Shown here: positions 12,581 to 24,122 of the stretch, piece by piece
Layout: each line of letters starts with the position of its first letter
How positions within the stretch are numbered: position 1 is the first letter of the stretch
Assembly: GCF_036321535.1 (NCBI RefSeq)
Contig: NC_087436.1
Span: forward strand, 58,344,001 to 58,408,000
Source of the DNA: Camelus dromedarius
Taxonomy: Eukaryota
Direction of reading: 5' to 3'
DNA: 64,000 bases
The notes under the pieces: generated by a model
The model's input: only the letters and a program-made list of their open reading frames with translations
What the model was told of the DNA's origin: nothing
The model's database searches: none
Program-made: the position numbers and the translations under genes

Positions 12581-13264
12581 CTTAGAACTAGATTAAATAT
12601 TCTAAAATAGCACAACCAGCACTATGAAATAGGTGAGATTTTTATTGTGAATTATCATAATGTTTTCATATTATTTCTATCATCAAAAGTTGAATTTAAC
12701 TTCGTTCTTTAATTTTGACTGATTTTGTGTTTAGCTTATCAGGGGAAATTTCAAACATACAAAAATGAGGGAGAATAGTACATGGAATTTTCATGTGTTC
12801 ATCATACACATGGGTTATTAAAAGCAAAGGGGATAAGAATATATTACCTCTCTATTCCCACACTTCTCTCCCACTTCCCTCTTTGCTTCATTATTCAGGC
12901 CATGGTACCTTCTCCTTTCATTTTCCTCACTCCAATCCCTAGTCTACCTTGACATAACACTTCCATCACCTAACTCCTCTGAGGGTATTTCTGACAAATA
13001 CTTTGTTTATAATCTACCCTTTCTTGCTGAAGACTTTATCAAAGGCCATAGGAGAAAAATACCTGGAAAGCAGGTATTTGGATATGGTCACTATTTCAAC
13101 TGCCAGATCAACAACATGATTTATTTTCTTACATAATATGATATGATACTTGACACATTATGAGTCTAAAAAGCTTGACTGGTTGCTGGCTAATATATAT
13201 TTCTACCTGATACAGACATATTCAGAGTTATAAACACTAACATTTAAGAACTGAGATTGCTGAC

Positions 13265-13505
13265 AGAGGTAGTAAAGTACACTGATTAACAGTACAGACT
13301 TTGGTGTTGAAATTCCTTGGGTCCAAACACAAGCTGACCTTGAGCTAACTGGTTAACCTCTCTGTGTCCTGTTTTCCTTATTTGTTAAATAGAAATAACA
13401 GTACTCTACCTCAAAGGATGACTACAAAAGTCAATGAATTAAGACATGCAAAACATTTAGAACAGTGCCCATAACTTCACAATTACTACCTAAGTGTTAC
13501 CTATT
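13265..13505 (+). mobile_element. MIR SINE
   Basis: 'cagactttggtg...gaccttgagctaactggttaacctctctgtgtcctgttttccttatttgttaaatagaaataacagtactctacctc...aaaacatttagaacagtgcc'. Confidence 0.8.
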
Positions 13506-15765
13506 AAATGTATTTTGAACATTAAAACATTCACTAAAACTTTACCCTACATTTATTTATTATTAGCAATAAAAAAAGACTAAGATTAATTGAACTCTTA
13601 CTCTGCACTTAATCCTTACAAACAAAACTTACAATGTAGGTAGTATCATGCAAGCAGTGTTTAGGTATTGTTTATAAGCATACAATTGAGCTCTAAATAG
13701 TTAATCTCTTGCCAACTATTCATCAACAAGGAGGCAAAATGAGAAAAAAAAATGTAAAGAAAAGACAAAAATGATTAGAATATAAAAAAATGATAGAATC
13801 TTAGCATTAAATCTCAACAAATGTTATAAAAGCGATGCAAGCTCCTAAAAATGATAAATCTGTGACCCTCATTTGTTGCTTTAATAATTAGTTGGCTAAA
13901 CACTACCTAATGACAACACAACAGTATGTAGAACATTTAATAAATGTAAAATGAATTGTGTTTCAAGTAACAATCTAATTGAAAATTCCATTAACAAAGA
14001 ATATTGCAATAGTGGTAGATTATAGATTAATCAAAGGCTATTAAAACTCTCTCCTGTGGTGCTAATGATTTATTGTTCTTGCAGTATACAGCCTTGTGAA
14101 GCCTCTTATGCCATTCACATTGTTTACAGTAGCCAGAATGAAGGGAATGTTTTCACAAGTTTTGTACAACTGGCCTCCTCATCATCTGTGAAGATGCTTC
14201 CTCACCTTTGCCAATCAAGACAGGCAGTAATGAGGAATAGCTCACTTACTCAAAGTACAGAAAATATCTGGCAGTTCTCTGTAGTTGGTTTCAGCACAAG
14301 AAATCATGACACTAAATTGAAGCTCAGTTATTGAGCAAGAGATACTGGAAGGTAGCTCAGGATAAAATTTTGGCTACAAAATTGAAATGAACAATGGATA
14401 ATGTCAAAAGTTTCCCAGATGATGTATAACTTCTCTTTCAGAAATAAAATGAAATTTCCTGTTGTCTGGTCACCAATTGATGGCTGCTTTCATTCATGAA
14501 CATCTAAAGGAAAGGGTACTATTAGTTTCAACAGTCAGCTCCACATGGAATAGGTAGACAATGGCTTTGATTTGCAACCCTGGCGGCTGTTCACAAGCCT
14601 CGTTTGGTTTATGGTCCTATATCCTCACCCCTGAATCCAACTGTTACATGTTGGTTTGCTCTGTCAGCTGCTGTTTCCCAGCATGTCAGAGATATGTCAT
14701 GCTGTTGAAGCTTTTTATCAGCGAGTTCGTTTAAAAAGGTATCTTCTACCTGTAGTTACCTTGCTTCAGCTCTCCGTATGATTCCTGCTCAGGTACCCTG
14801 CCATACTGATAGTGTCTAGGTTGATAGAGTTTTATAATATACAAAGCTTTCTAGGAAATACACTGGTTATATTCTAGGGTCTTTGGCAATCGTATTACAA
14901 CTCTATTTAGCAGTGATTAATATAATGTATAGAGTAGTAACAGAGAAACTGTATTCAATATATTTAAGTTTCCTGATCAGCTAAACCCACCATTCTTCCA
15001 GGGTTATAATATAAAAATGAACAGCACTTTAAAGGGCATAACATAAACAAAAAGAGTTAATTTCATTCTTGTATATATAAGAGAATTTTTTCCATAGCAC
15101 TTTTTAAAGATAGCAAATGTTTAAGAGGTATATATTTTAATCTCTATAAGGACTAACTCCACATATGCAATAAATGGTATCAGAGGAGTGAAGAGGCATG
15201 TATATGAAAGGAATTTTTAAATCTTTTTTTGGCAATGCCCAATAAACTATCATGCTATACTATCACACTACATATGGCCCTTGTAGTAATAAGCCCCAAT
15301 ATCTTCCTATTTGGTCACCACCATGTTCTACCTCTTTATGTTCAATGCTGTCAAACCTAGTGAATATTTTAATCACAAATACTAACTACCTGGCAGGAGG
15401 ACCATCATATTTATGCATAAGCAAGTACAGTGAAGAAAGCCAAAATGGAAGCTATTTTACTTACTGGAATAGTAAAGCTGATTTTATAAGGGGAACAGTA
15501 TTTTCAAACGACAGAGTTCTCAGTCATGCTAAAGGTATACCACGTCTGTATGCACCCCCACTTAATCAGATAGATGCTAATCATTTTGACTTGTATAATC
15601 TGCAATATGAACATGAATCTAAACTTCTGAACTAAAATCCACCAAACTTGCCTCACACAAGCTTATCATCGGGATTATACTATGTTCTTAAGGTAAGTAT
15701 GTATGACTTAAACAAAGCACTCATAGAGGCTTCAATATATGATTACTTTTCAGCTTACTTAGAAT

Positions 15766-16200
15766 CTTTTTTTTTTGTAAAACTGGTATACTTTCTATTT
15801 TTATTTGTTTTTTAAAAAAAAATTTTATTAAAGTACAGTCAGCTACAATGTGTCAATTTCTGGCATATAGCACAATGCCCCAATCACACATATACATACA
15901 TATATTTGTTTCCATATTCTTTTTCATTAAAGGTTATTACAAGATATTGAACATAATAGTTCCCGGTGCTGTACAGATGAAATTTATTTTTTAATCTAAT
16001 TTTTTTATATAGTGGTTAACATTTGCAAATCTCAAACTCCCAAATTTATCCCTTCCCACACACCTTCCCTGGTAAGCATAAGATTGTTTACTATGTCTGA
16101 GAGTGTTTCTGTTTTTCAGATGAGTTCATAGTGTCCTTTTTTTTTTAAGGTTCCACATATGAGTGATATCATATGGTATTTTTCTTTCTCTTTCTGGCTT
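15766..16200 (-). mobile_element. 5'-truncated L1 3'UTR, same family as 2337-3178
   Basis: Colinear with 2340-2725 ('aaggttattacaagatattgaa', 'catatgagtgatatcat...gtatttttctttctctttc'); T-rich tail. Confidence 0.9.
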
Positions 16201-17473
16201 AATTAAAGAACTACATGCAGGAGGGATATGAGAGACCAAAAAGGAACAAAAGAATAATCCTATCTCAACATGTGGTATAGTAAATGACCTCAAAGGTCTT
16301 CTACTTTGGTAAGTTCTATGAACCATCATTATCTATCAAAACTGCCCATTCTAAAAGAATACTGAGGAAGAGTATGGAAATGAAGTTTCACCTTAAGCAA
16401 AGAAAATGTTGAAAATAACCCTACATCAATTTCAGTTAAGAGACAGAATCATACTCAATTAATTTTAATTAAATTGCTTCATTAGGTTGATTTTCCTTGA
16501 CACTGTAGAATCTGACCTCATGACTATAGAGCAGTACCAGGAGCTTCCACGGTAACAAACTGTTTCACTTAAGCTTTATTACTGATCACATTTAATGACC
16601 TGGAAAGGATAAGGAGAGCATTTCTGCTTTTTTTAGTTTGATGGCACCTATAGTACAAAATGCATAAAGTTCCCAATTTCTAGTGGCATGGGGAGTACAT
16701 GAAGGAAAGGCCATAATCACTAAGAAAAAGTGCATTCATTCTTAAAGTTTAGGAAGTAGAACTAAATATATTTTAGCTATCTCACTGTTTGTTTTTAGAA
16801 GGTAATCAACTTATTTAAGTTAAACATCAATTGGTCAAATGTAGTTTTCAACAAGAGAATGGGGTTCATTTTAATAAGGAATTATAAAAATTCATTCCAA
16901 AACTTCTCTGTAATTTTTTATCTCAGCAGCTGTGTTTTCTACATTTTTCTTCAAAGAGTTTTTAGACACCGTGGGCTCTGCCAAGTTAATAAAATTTTAT
17001 TAAGTACATACATTGTACACAAAAAGAGGTATGCACTGAAATAGCATTCATGGAGCACCTCCTTAGAGTGTAAGATGGCTATCGCCATTTATTTATTCTT
17101 GAGCTGTATGTGAACAGAAAATAGTAAATGTAGTCAATAGCTTCAATTTTAACAATGTGTATCTTCTAAGCATAAGTGAAATAAAGATTTCAGAGGAAGG
17201 ATGAATCAAGCTGAATTCATACTTTTATAATGGACTACAAAACACAGTATAGATTTTTTAAAAAACAGATCTGCAATCTATAAATAAGAAATTTTAATTT
17301 TTATATTATAACAATTTTAAATTTTTATATTATGGGATTCATGGATTTATAATTACAATGCAAATAATTCATGTTGGTCTATCTCTAGTCTTACCCAATG
17401 TTGCATTATTCTTAAAATGATTAAGGAGAGTTTTTTTTTTTTAATCCAATAATGTTAAAAACCCAAGACAGGA

Positions 17474-20400
17474 GAGAATTATGGGAAGATGGTGGAGTAG
17501 GAAGCACTAGGATTCCATCTTTCACCCAATTATACTGGCAGAATCTGTCTCAGGTATCTATGTTGGAACACAGGGACATATTGAAGTACTGCAACTTCCA
17601 GAGAAAGGCTTGAATGGTAAGTGAAATTCAGCTCTCAACTAAGCAGTGGCTACCCAGTCCGCAGTCCGAAGGCAGGTTGCAGTGTATGTGCTCCTATAAT
17701 GATTTGCATGCAGTTTGAGGGAACCAGGGTGGGCAATAAGGACCAATCCTCCCAATATTGGGAATCTATGTTCTGATCACTGATCACTACTTCTATAACA
17801 GAGATGCTGAGACAGAGGCAGAGAGCTAATGTTTTTGTACGTCCTCTCACTGTTGCAAAGTCATCTTCCTCTAGATGAAGTGAATCCCAAGGTATTTAAA
17901 GAGCCAGTACTGTTTTGTACCCTTCATTCTCCTACCCCTCCCTTTTCCCCTTTTAGAAGCTAGACATTAAAGACCAGAAAATTAAGTCTCAATGGATTTT
18001 GAAAGATAGATATCATACAAAGTATCTTCCCCAACCACAACAGCATGAAGTTGGAAAATGGGAAAATTTACAGAAGTGTGGGTATTAAACAACACACTCT
18101 TAAACAACCATGGATCAAAGAAGAAAGTACAAGAGAAATGAGAAAATACTCAGACAAATGAAGATGAAAGCAAAATATACCAATTTATAGGACAAAGTGA
18201 AAGCAGTGCTAATGAGGAAATTGATAAAATCTCATGTTAAAATCTCATATTAAAAAAAGAAAGATCTAAATCTACAACTCATTTTTACAACTTAAGAACT
18301 AGAAAAAGAAGAAAAAACTAAACTCAAAGCTTTGCATAGGATACAAATAATAAACATTAGAGCAGAGAGAAAACAAATAGAAAATAAAAAAACAATATGA
18401 AAAAATCGATGAAACCGAAAGTTGGTTGTGGAAAAAGATAAACAAAATTGACAAATCTTTGGCTAGACCAACTAAGAAACAGAGAGAGAGGATTCAAGTT
18501 ACTTAAATAAAAAATTCAAGTGAGGACATTACTGTTGAGTCTACAAAAATAAAAAGGATCATAAGAGAGCAGTATAAATAATTTTATATAAACAAACTGG
18601 ATATATGGATGAAATGAATAAAGTTTTAGAAACATAAAACATACAAAGACCAATTCACAAAGAAATAGAAAATTGGAATAAACCTATAACTAGTAAGGAG
18701 ATTTAATCAGTAATCAAAAATATTCTGAAAAATAAAAGTCCTGGACCTGATGTCTTCACTGGTGAGTCCTAACAGACATTTAAAGAACAAACACAAACCC
18801 TTGTCAAAATTTTCTAAAACACTGAAGAGGAGGCAACACCTCCTAATCCTCAAGGCCATTGTTACCCTGACACCAGCACCAGACAAAAACACTACAAGAA
18901 AATAAAACCGTAACTTCTTTGAATGTTGATGTAAAAACTCTCAAGAAAACACCAGCATACCAAATTCAGTAGCATATTGAAAGGATTATACACTGATTAA
19001 GTGGGATATGTTCCTGGGATGCAAGCATGGTTCAAAATCAATCAGTGTACCATTAATAGAATGAAGAGGAAAAAACACAGGATCATCTCAATTGATGCAT
19101 TTGACAAAAGCATTTGACAAAATTCAACACCTTTTCATGATAAAAACACTCAACAAATTAGGACTAGAAGGAAACTACCTCAACATAATAAAAGTCATAT
19201 ATGGAAAAATCCACATTAAGCATCACACTCAATGGGAAGATTAAAAAATTTCTTCTAAGATGAGGAACATGGCAAGGATGCCCACTTCCACCACTTTTTA
19301 TTTAATACAATGCTCAAAGTTTTAGCCAGTGCAATTGGGCAATACAATAAAAGGCATTCAAATTGGAAAGAAAGAAATAAAATTATTTCTGTTCACAGAT
19401 GATATGATCTTATACACAGAAAATTCCAAGGATCGACAAAAATTATTAGTACACATAAACAGATTAAGTCAAGTTAGGAAATATGCAGAGTAAACAAACA
19501 CAAAAATAAGTTGCATTTCTATACATTAACAATGAACAGTCTGAAAAGGAAATAAAGAAAACAATTCCATTTACAATAGCATCGAAAAGAATAAAACTCT
19601 TAAGAATGAATGTAATCAAGGAGGTGATGGACTTGTATAATGACAACTACAAAACATTCCTGAAAGAATTAAAGACATAAATAAAATGAAATACATCCCA
19701 TGTTTATGGACTGGAAGTCTTAATGTTTTAAAGATGTCAGTACTACCCAAAGCAACCTACAGATTCAATGCAGCCCCTATCAAAATTCCAAAAACTATTT
19801 GCAGAAATAGGAAAATCTATCCTAAAATTTATATGGAATCTCCAGGAATCACAAACGATGAAATCAATCTTGAAAAAGAACAAACTAGGTGACTCACACT
19901 TTCTGGTTTCAAAACTTACTATAAAGCTACAGTAATCAAAATAGTGCAATACTGACTTTAAAACAGACATATAGACTAATAGAACAGAATACAGAAGCCA
20001 GAAGTAAACATTTGATTACACAGTCAAATGATTTTAGACAAGGAGGCCAAGACTATTCAATGTGGAAATAACAGAGCTTTCAACAAATGGTGCTGGGGAA
20101 ATTAGATATCTACATGCAGTAAAAATGAAGTTGGACCTTTACCTTACGCCATACACAAACATTAACTCAAAATGTCCCCAAAACAAATCTAAGACCTAAA
20201 ACCATAAAACTTTTAGGAGAAAACGTAGGACAAAAGTTTCAGGACATTGGATTTGGCAACAATTTCTTGGCTATGTCATCAAAGGCTCAGGCAACAAAAG
20301 AAAAAATAGACAAAATGAACTTCATGAAAATTTTAAAATTTTGTGCAAAAGATACAGAATACAAAAAGGAAACAGAGTAAGAAGACAACCCAAAGAATGG

Positions 20401-21000
20401 GAGAAAATATTTGCAAAGCGTATATCTAATAAGAGATTAATATCCAGAATATATATAAAGAACACGTAAAACTCAACAACACAATAGCTATTCACCTAAT
20501 TCAAAGCAAGTAAAGGACTCAAACATTTCTCCAAAGATAATATACATATGGCCAAGAACCCATGAAAAAAATTTTTAGCATCACTAACTGTTAGGGAAAT
20601 GCAAATCTAAACTACAATGAAATACCACTTCACACCATCAGGATGACTACCATAAAAAAAAAAAAACATAAAATAACAAGTGTTGCAGAGCATGTGGAGA
20701 AACTGGACACTTGTTCACTCTAGGTGGGAATATAAAACAGTACAGCTTCTGCAGAAAACAGTATGGGATTCCTCAAAAATTAAAAATTAAAAAAGTATTA
20801 ATATGTGATCCTGCAGTTTTACTTCTGGGTATGTATACTAAAACAATGAAAGCAGGGTCTCAAAGAGATGTATGTGCACATATATACAAATATTTAAATA
20901 TGTACACTTCAATATTGTTAAGAGGGTAAATTTTATGTTACGTGTATTTTCTAAAAATAAAAAAAAAAAAATTACGGCAAAAACAAAAAACCTGGAAACA
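17474..21000 (+). mobile_element. Old L1 (L1MB-like) with 5'UTR, large internal deletions, most of ORF2 and an A-rich tail
   Basis: 5' end 'gggaagatggtggagtaggaagcac'; ORF2 from ~17980 (ORF 19686..19892 [34 protein letters not shown]); 3' end 'ttgttaagagggtaaattttatgttacgtgtatttt' then polyA. Confidence 0.92.
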
Positions 21001-22098
21001 AACACAAACAAAACAGGATATCCTTGTAAAGTCGTTATTTCCAACAAAGATGGTAAAATATGAGGCAGTAACTGCCTACACACTAGATTTTAGTAAGTAT
21101 ACTGATAATCAACTTAAGGCACATGCATATTTCCACTGCATGGGATAATCTTCAGAGCCAAGAGAAGATGCTTTTGAATTTCTCAGTTACTTACCAACCA
21201 GTATATTTAAGCCTCTAAAATAATGTTATCTCTAACCTTTCATAATTTGATATGATGACCTTCATCTATTTGCATAGTTTATCTGACCTCTGAAGTCCAT
21301 TTTGTTTGCCCAGTACTTACTAATACGCTGCTCCTTATTAACAAAGATGATGCTATTAATAAATATTATGCTTAATTTGCTAGGATCTATTTGAAATTAT
21401 TCCTGTCATTTCCTATTTTTGTCAGTCAAGAGACTGGCATTTTTTAATATCTCAAGTCGCTTCACTTATATTAAGCTGAAGAGCTGGGCTTTGTATGTGA
21501 GTAGTGCCTGAAGAGTTAGGCTTCAGCCCCCAACATATGAACTACATGAAGTTAATCAATGTTTGACCACTTTGCGTCCATTGTATTCAATCACCTCAAT
21601 GGCACAGTATCTTGTGAACTTAAAATAACAAGTGAAGTTTTGTTACTCAGAAGGTAAATTTTAACTTCATAATAGAGATCTATTTAAATTTCTCAATATT
21701 ATATTTTAATACATTAGCGAACAACAGACTTTTTATTAAACAAAAGAATATATACTTTTCTACAGCAATATATCTGATACAATAAGCACTACAGGAAATT
21801 CCAAATATTCTTTCATAAGTTTTTAAAAGCCAATTTAAAACTTAGCAAACCACTGATTTATAATACATTTTCCAGATACTCCTTAAGTTCATCTCACCCT
21901 ATTTTTCCTTATGCACGCCTGTGCTTTATGCCATGCTTATTGGAAGCAAAAATGCCTTGCAATCATGTTCCACTGACAAAATTCTAAGTCTAATAGGTAC
22001 ATTTTAACACTTGCCACTGGCTTTTCTTGTTCTTTTTCCCTGGCTTTCCAAAGTAGTATCTAGAGAGACTAGGAATGCCACAGTGGTAACAGTAGCTT

Positions 22099-22103
<5 letters not shown>

Positions 22104-22140
<37 letters not shown>
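22104..22140. repeat. (TG)n microsatellite, ~18 units
   Basis: Direct reading. Confidence 0.98.
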
Positions 22141-22143
<3 letters not shown>

Positions 22144-23032
22144 GCTTGAATGTGATTAGTAATACCCAAATATAGTTATAGTTATAAATTATATTTCATC
22201 TGCATATATATTAAAATGCATTTCTTGGTTTTTTCTCATTGTATCCAACCTCAAGTTATAACATAACATAGCTAAGTATTTAACAGATACAGACATTGCT
22301 TTACTAACAATCCTTTTAGTCATTTTGGAAAATCATCATAATAAAATTATTCTCTATTTAAAGGAGTAAACACATCCTTACATGTACCTAGAGACCAGTA
22401 ACTTCAATGCATAGGATTCAATATTCACCAGTTGTACACGTTTCTTTTGAAAATATTTACTAAGAAAATTGGATGCAACAGCTTATTTTGATCTGGCTAT
22501 CTCTTACATTACTTAATCATTATTCACTTTCTTTTCAGAGAAGGGAAATATATATGAGGATGAGATGGATTTAGAACCTCACTGGGATTTTTACAGGAGA
22601 ATAAAATACAAAAAAAAAATACTCATTTTCAACTAAGAAAAGACCCACTTTGGGCTTCCCCAACTTAAAGGATTTGATAAACTTCAAACTCTTTCCCTTT
22701 TCTTTGAAAGAAAATGGGTAACAAATGAAGAATGAAATGTGATTCTACAGTATATAGTGGTTTTTAGTTATCCAAAACTATGCTTAAGTGACCAAAATTA
22801 TGCAGAAAGACAAACACACATTTAGCCTTGCTCATGAGCTAAAGAAAAGCCCATTTTAAATGCTTACACTAATATTTTCTCTCTTTAATTTTTTATAATA
22901 ATTTACTTGTGTACTTACCTCATTACTTCAGCTGAGGAATTAAAACTACATCAATATTAAGACAACAGAATTATTATCCAGTTAATGATAAAATGTAAGT
23001 TGTGTCTGGCATTAAATTTAAAAATATTCCAT

Positions 23033-23156
23033 GGGGGTTTGGTATAACTCAGTGGTAGAGTGCCTGCTTAGCATGTGCAAGGTCCTAAGTTCAATCCTCA
23101 GTACCTCCACTAAAAATTAAATAAATAAATATAATTACCTCCCCCCCAAAAAACAA
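23033..23156 (+). mobile_element. tRNA-derived SINE (camelid vic-1-like)
   Basis: A box 'taactcagtggtag', B box 'gttcaatcc', then 'agtacctcca', A-rich linker, 'taattacctccccccc' and A tail; flanked by ...attcca on both sides with TT/AAAA upstream. Confidence 0.85.
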
Positions 23157-24085
23157 ACACAATTCCAAATCTGGTTAATTAAGAAAGCTTGATTTGGAAG
23201 TTGAAGGGACAATATACATGAGTGTTAAACTTGAAAAAAAATTTCTCCTCCCATTTCAGGACATTTATGTAGTTCATGTCACCACCAATAATTAATTGTT
23301 CATGAAGAAATCAGACACTTACTCATTGTCATCACAAACTCCACACCAAGAATTACGTTAACAGCAATCACTCTGAACTGAAACTTAAGGTAAATTAGTT
23401 GCATTTAAAGAAAATACTTTCATATATAAAAGTAGATAACTTATTGGCACTAAGGTGGAATTAGAAAACGTAGGGAATTTATTAGCTATAAGTTTTTCTG
23501 CAAGTCCACTGAAATGTTTAAGCAGACTGATTTTAAGATGGTTATAATTTGTTATAACTTCAATCACATTTCAAATTTCCTTAGAATATCTCCTTTGCCA
23601 ATTTTTATGCTTAAACATCATCATCAAAAAAATAGAAAGAACAGTTAAACAAAACACTGCTCCATTCTCCTTTTCTGCTTGTGTTGTTAGTAATGTGAAT
23701 AACGCCTCCATACTGTCATGTTGGCTGATGATGATATACAGTCTGCCCACAGCTATTTCAAAGATTCATTCATTTGACAATCTCATACAATAGTTAAAAT
23801 AGAAATATTATTATCTCAAAAGTTACAAATTAAAATACTTAGTAACCTCTGAAAAGGTTAGCCAAAATGGCCTCAATAATAGCTATAATTTCTAATAGTA
23901 AAATGACTAATTTTAAAGCATACGTTTGTCCTAGTGAAGAGAGTATTTCACAACAGTGGAATCATCCTTTGTTTTATGTAGCGTATATTCTCCCTTAAAT
24001 CTAATTAAATAGAAGGAAGTCACACTTTTCATAAAGAGACAAAGAGGCTTATTAGGTACATGCAAGGAAAATACATTTATTTTTA

Positions 24086-24122
24086 TACACACACACACAC
24101 ACACACAACACACACACACACA
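24086..24122. repeat. (CA)n microsatellite, interrupted
   Basis: Direct reading. Confidence 0.95.

Noticed and set aside
15252..15635. 127-aa ORF
   Set aside because: No recognisable homology or exon structure; treated as chance
18000..20870. Active reverse transcriptase gene
   Set aside because: L1 ORF2 is broken by many stops and frameshifts; only ORF pieces under ~80 aa remain
23033..23110. tRNA gene
   Set aside because: The A and B boxes are followed by a SINE tail with an A-rich end and TSD, and acceptor-stem pairing is poor, so it is a SINE
23350..23385. FN3-like 'QFRVIAVN' motif on the minus strand
   Set aside because: Only ~8 residues; the surrounding frame is short and lacks the other FN3 hallmarks, so likely coincidence
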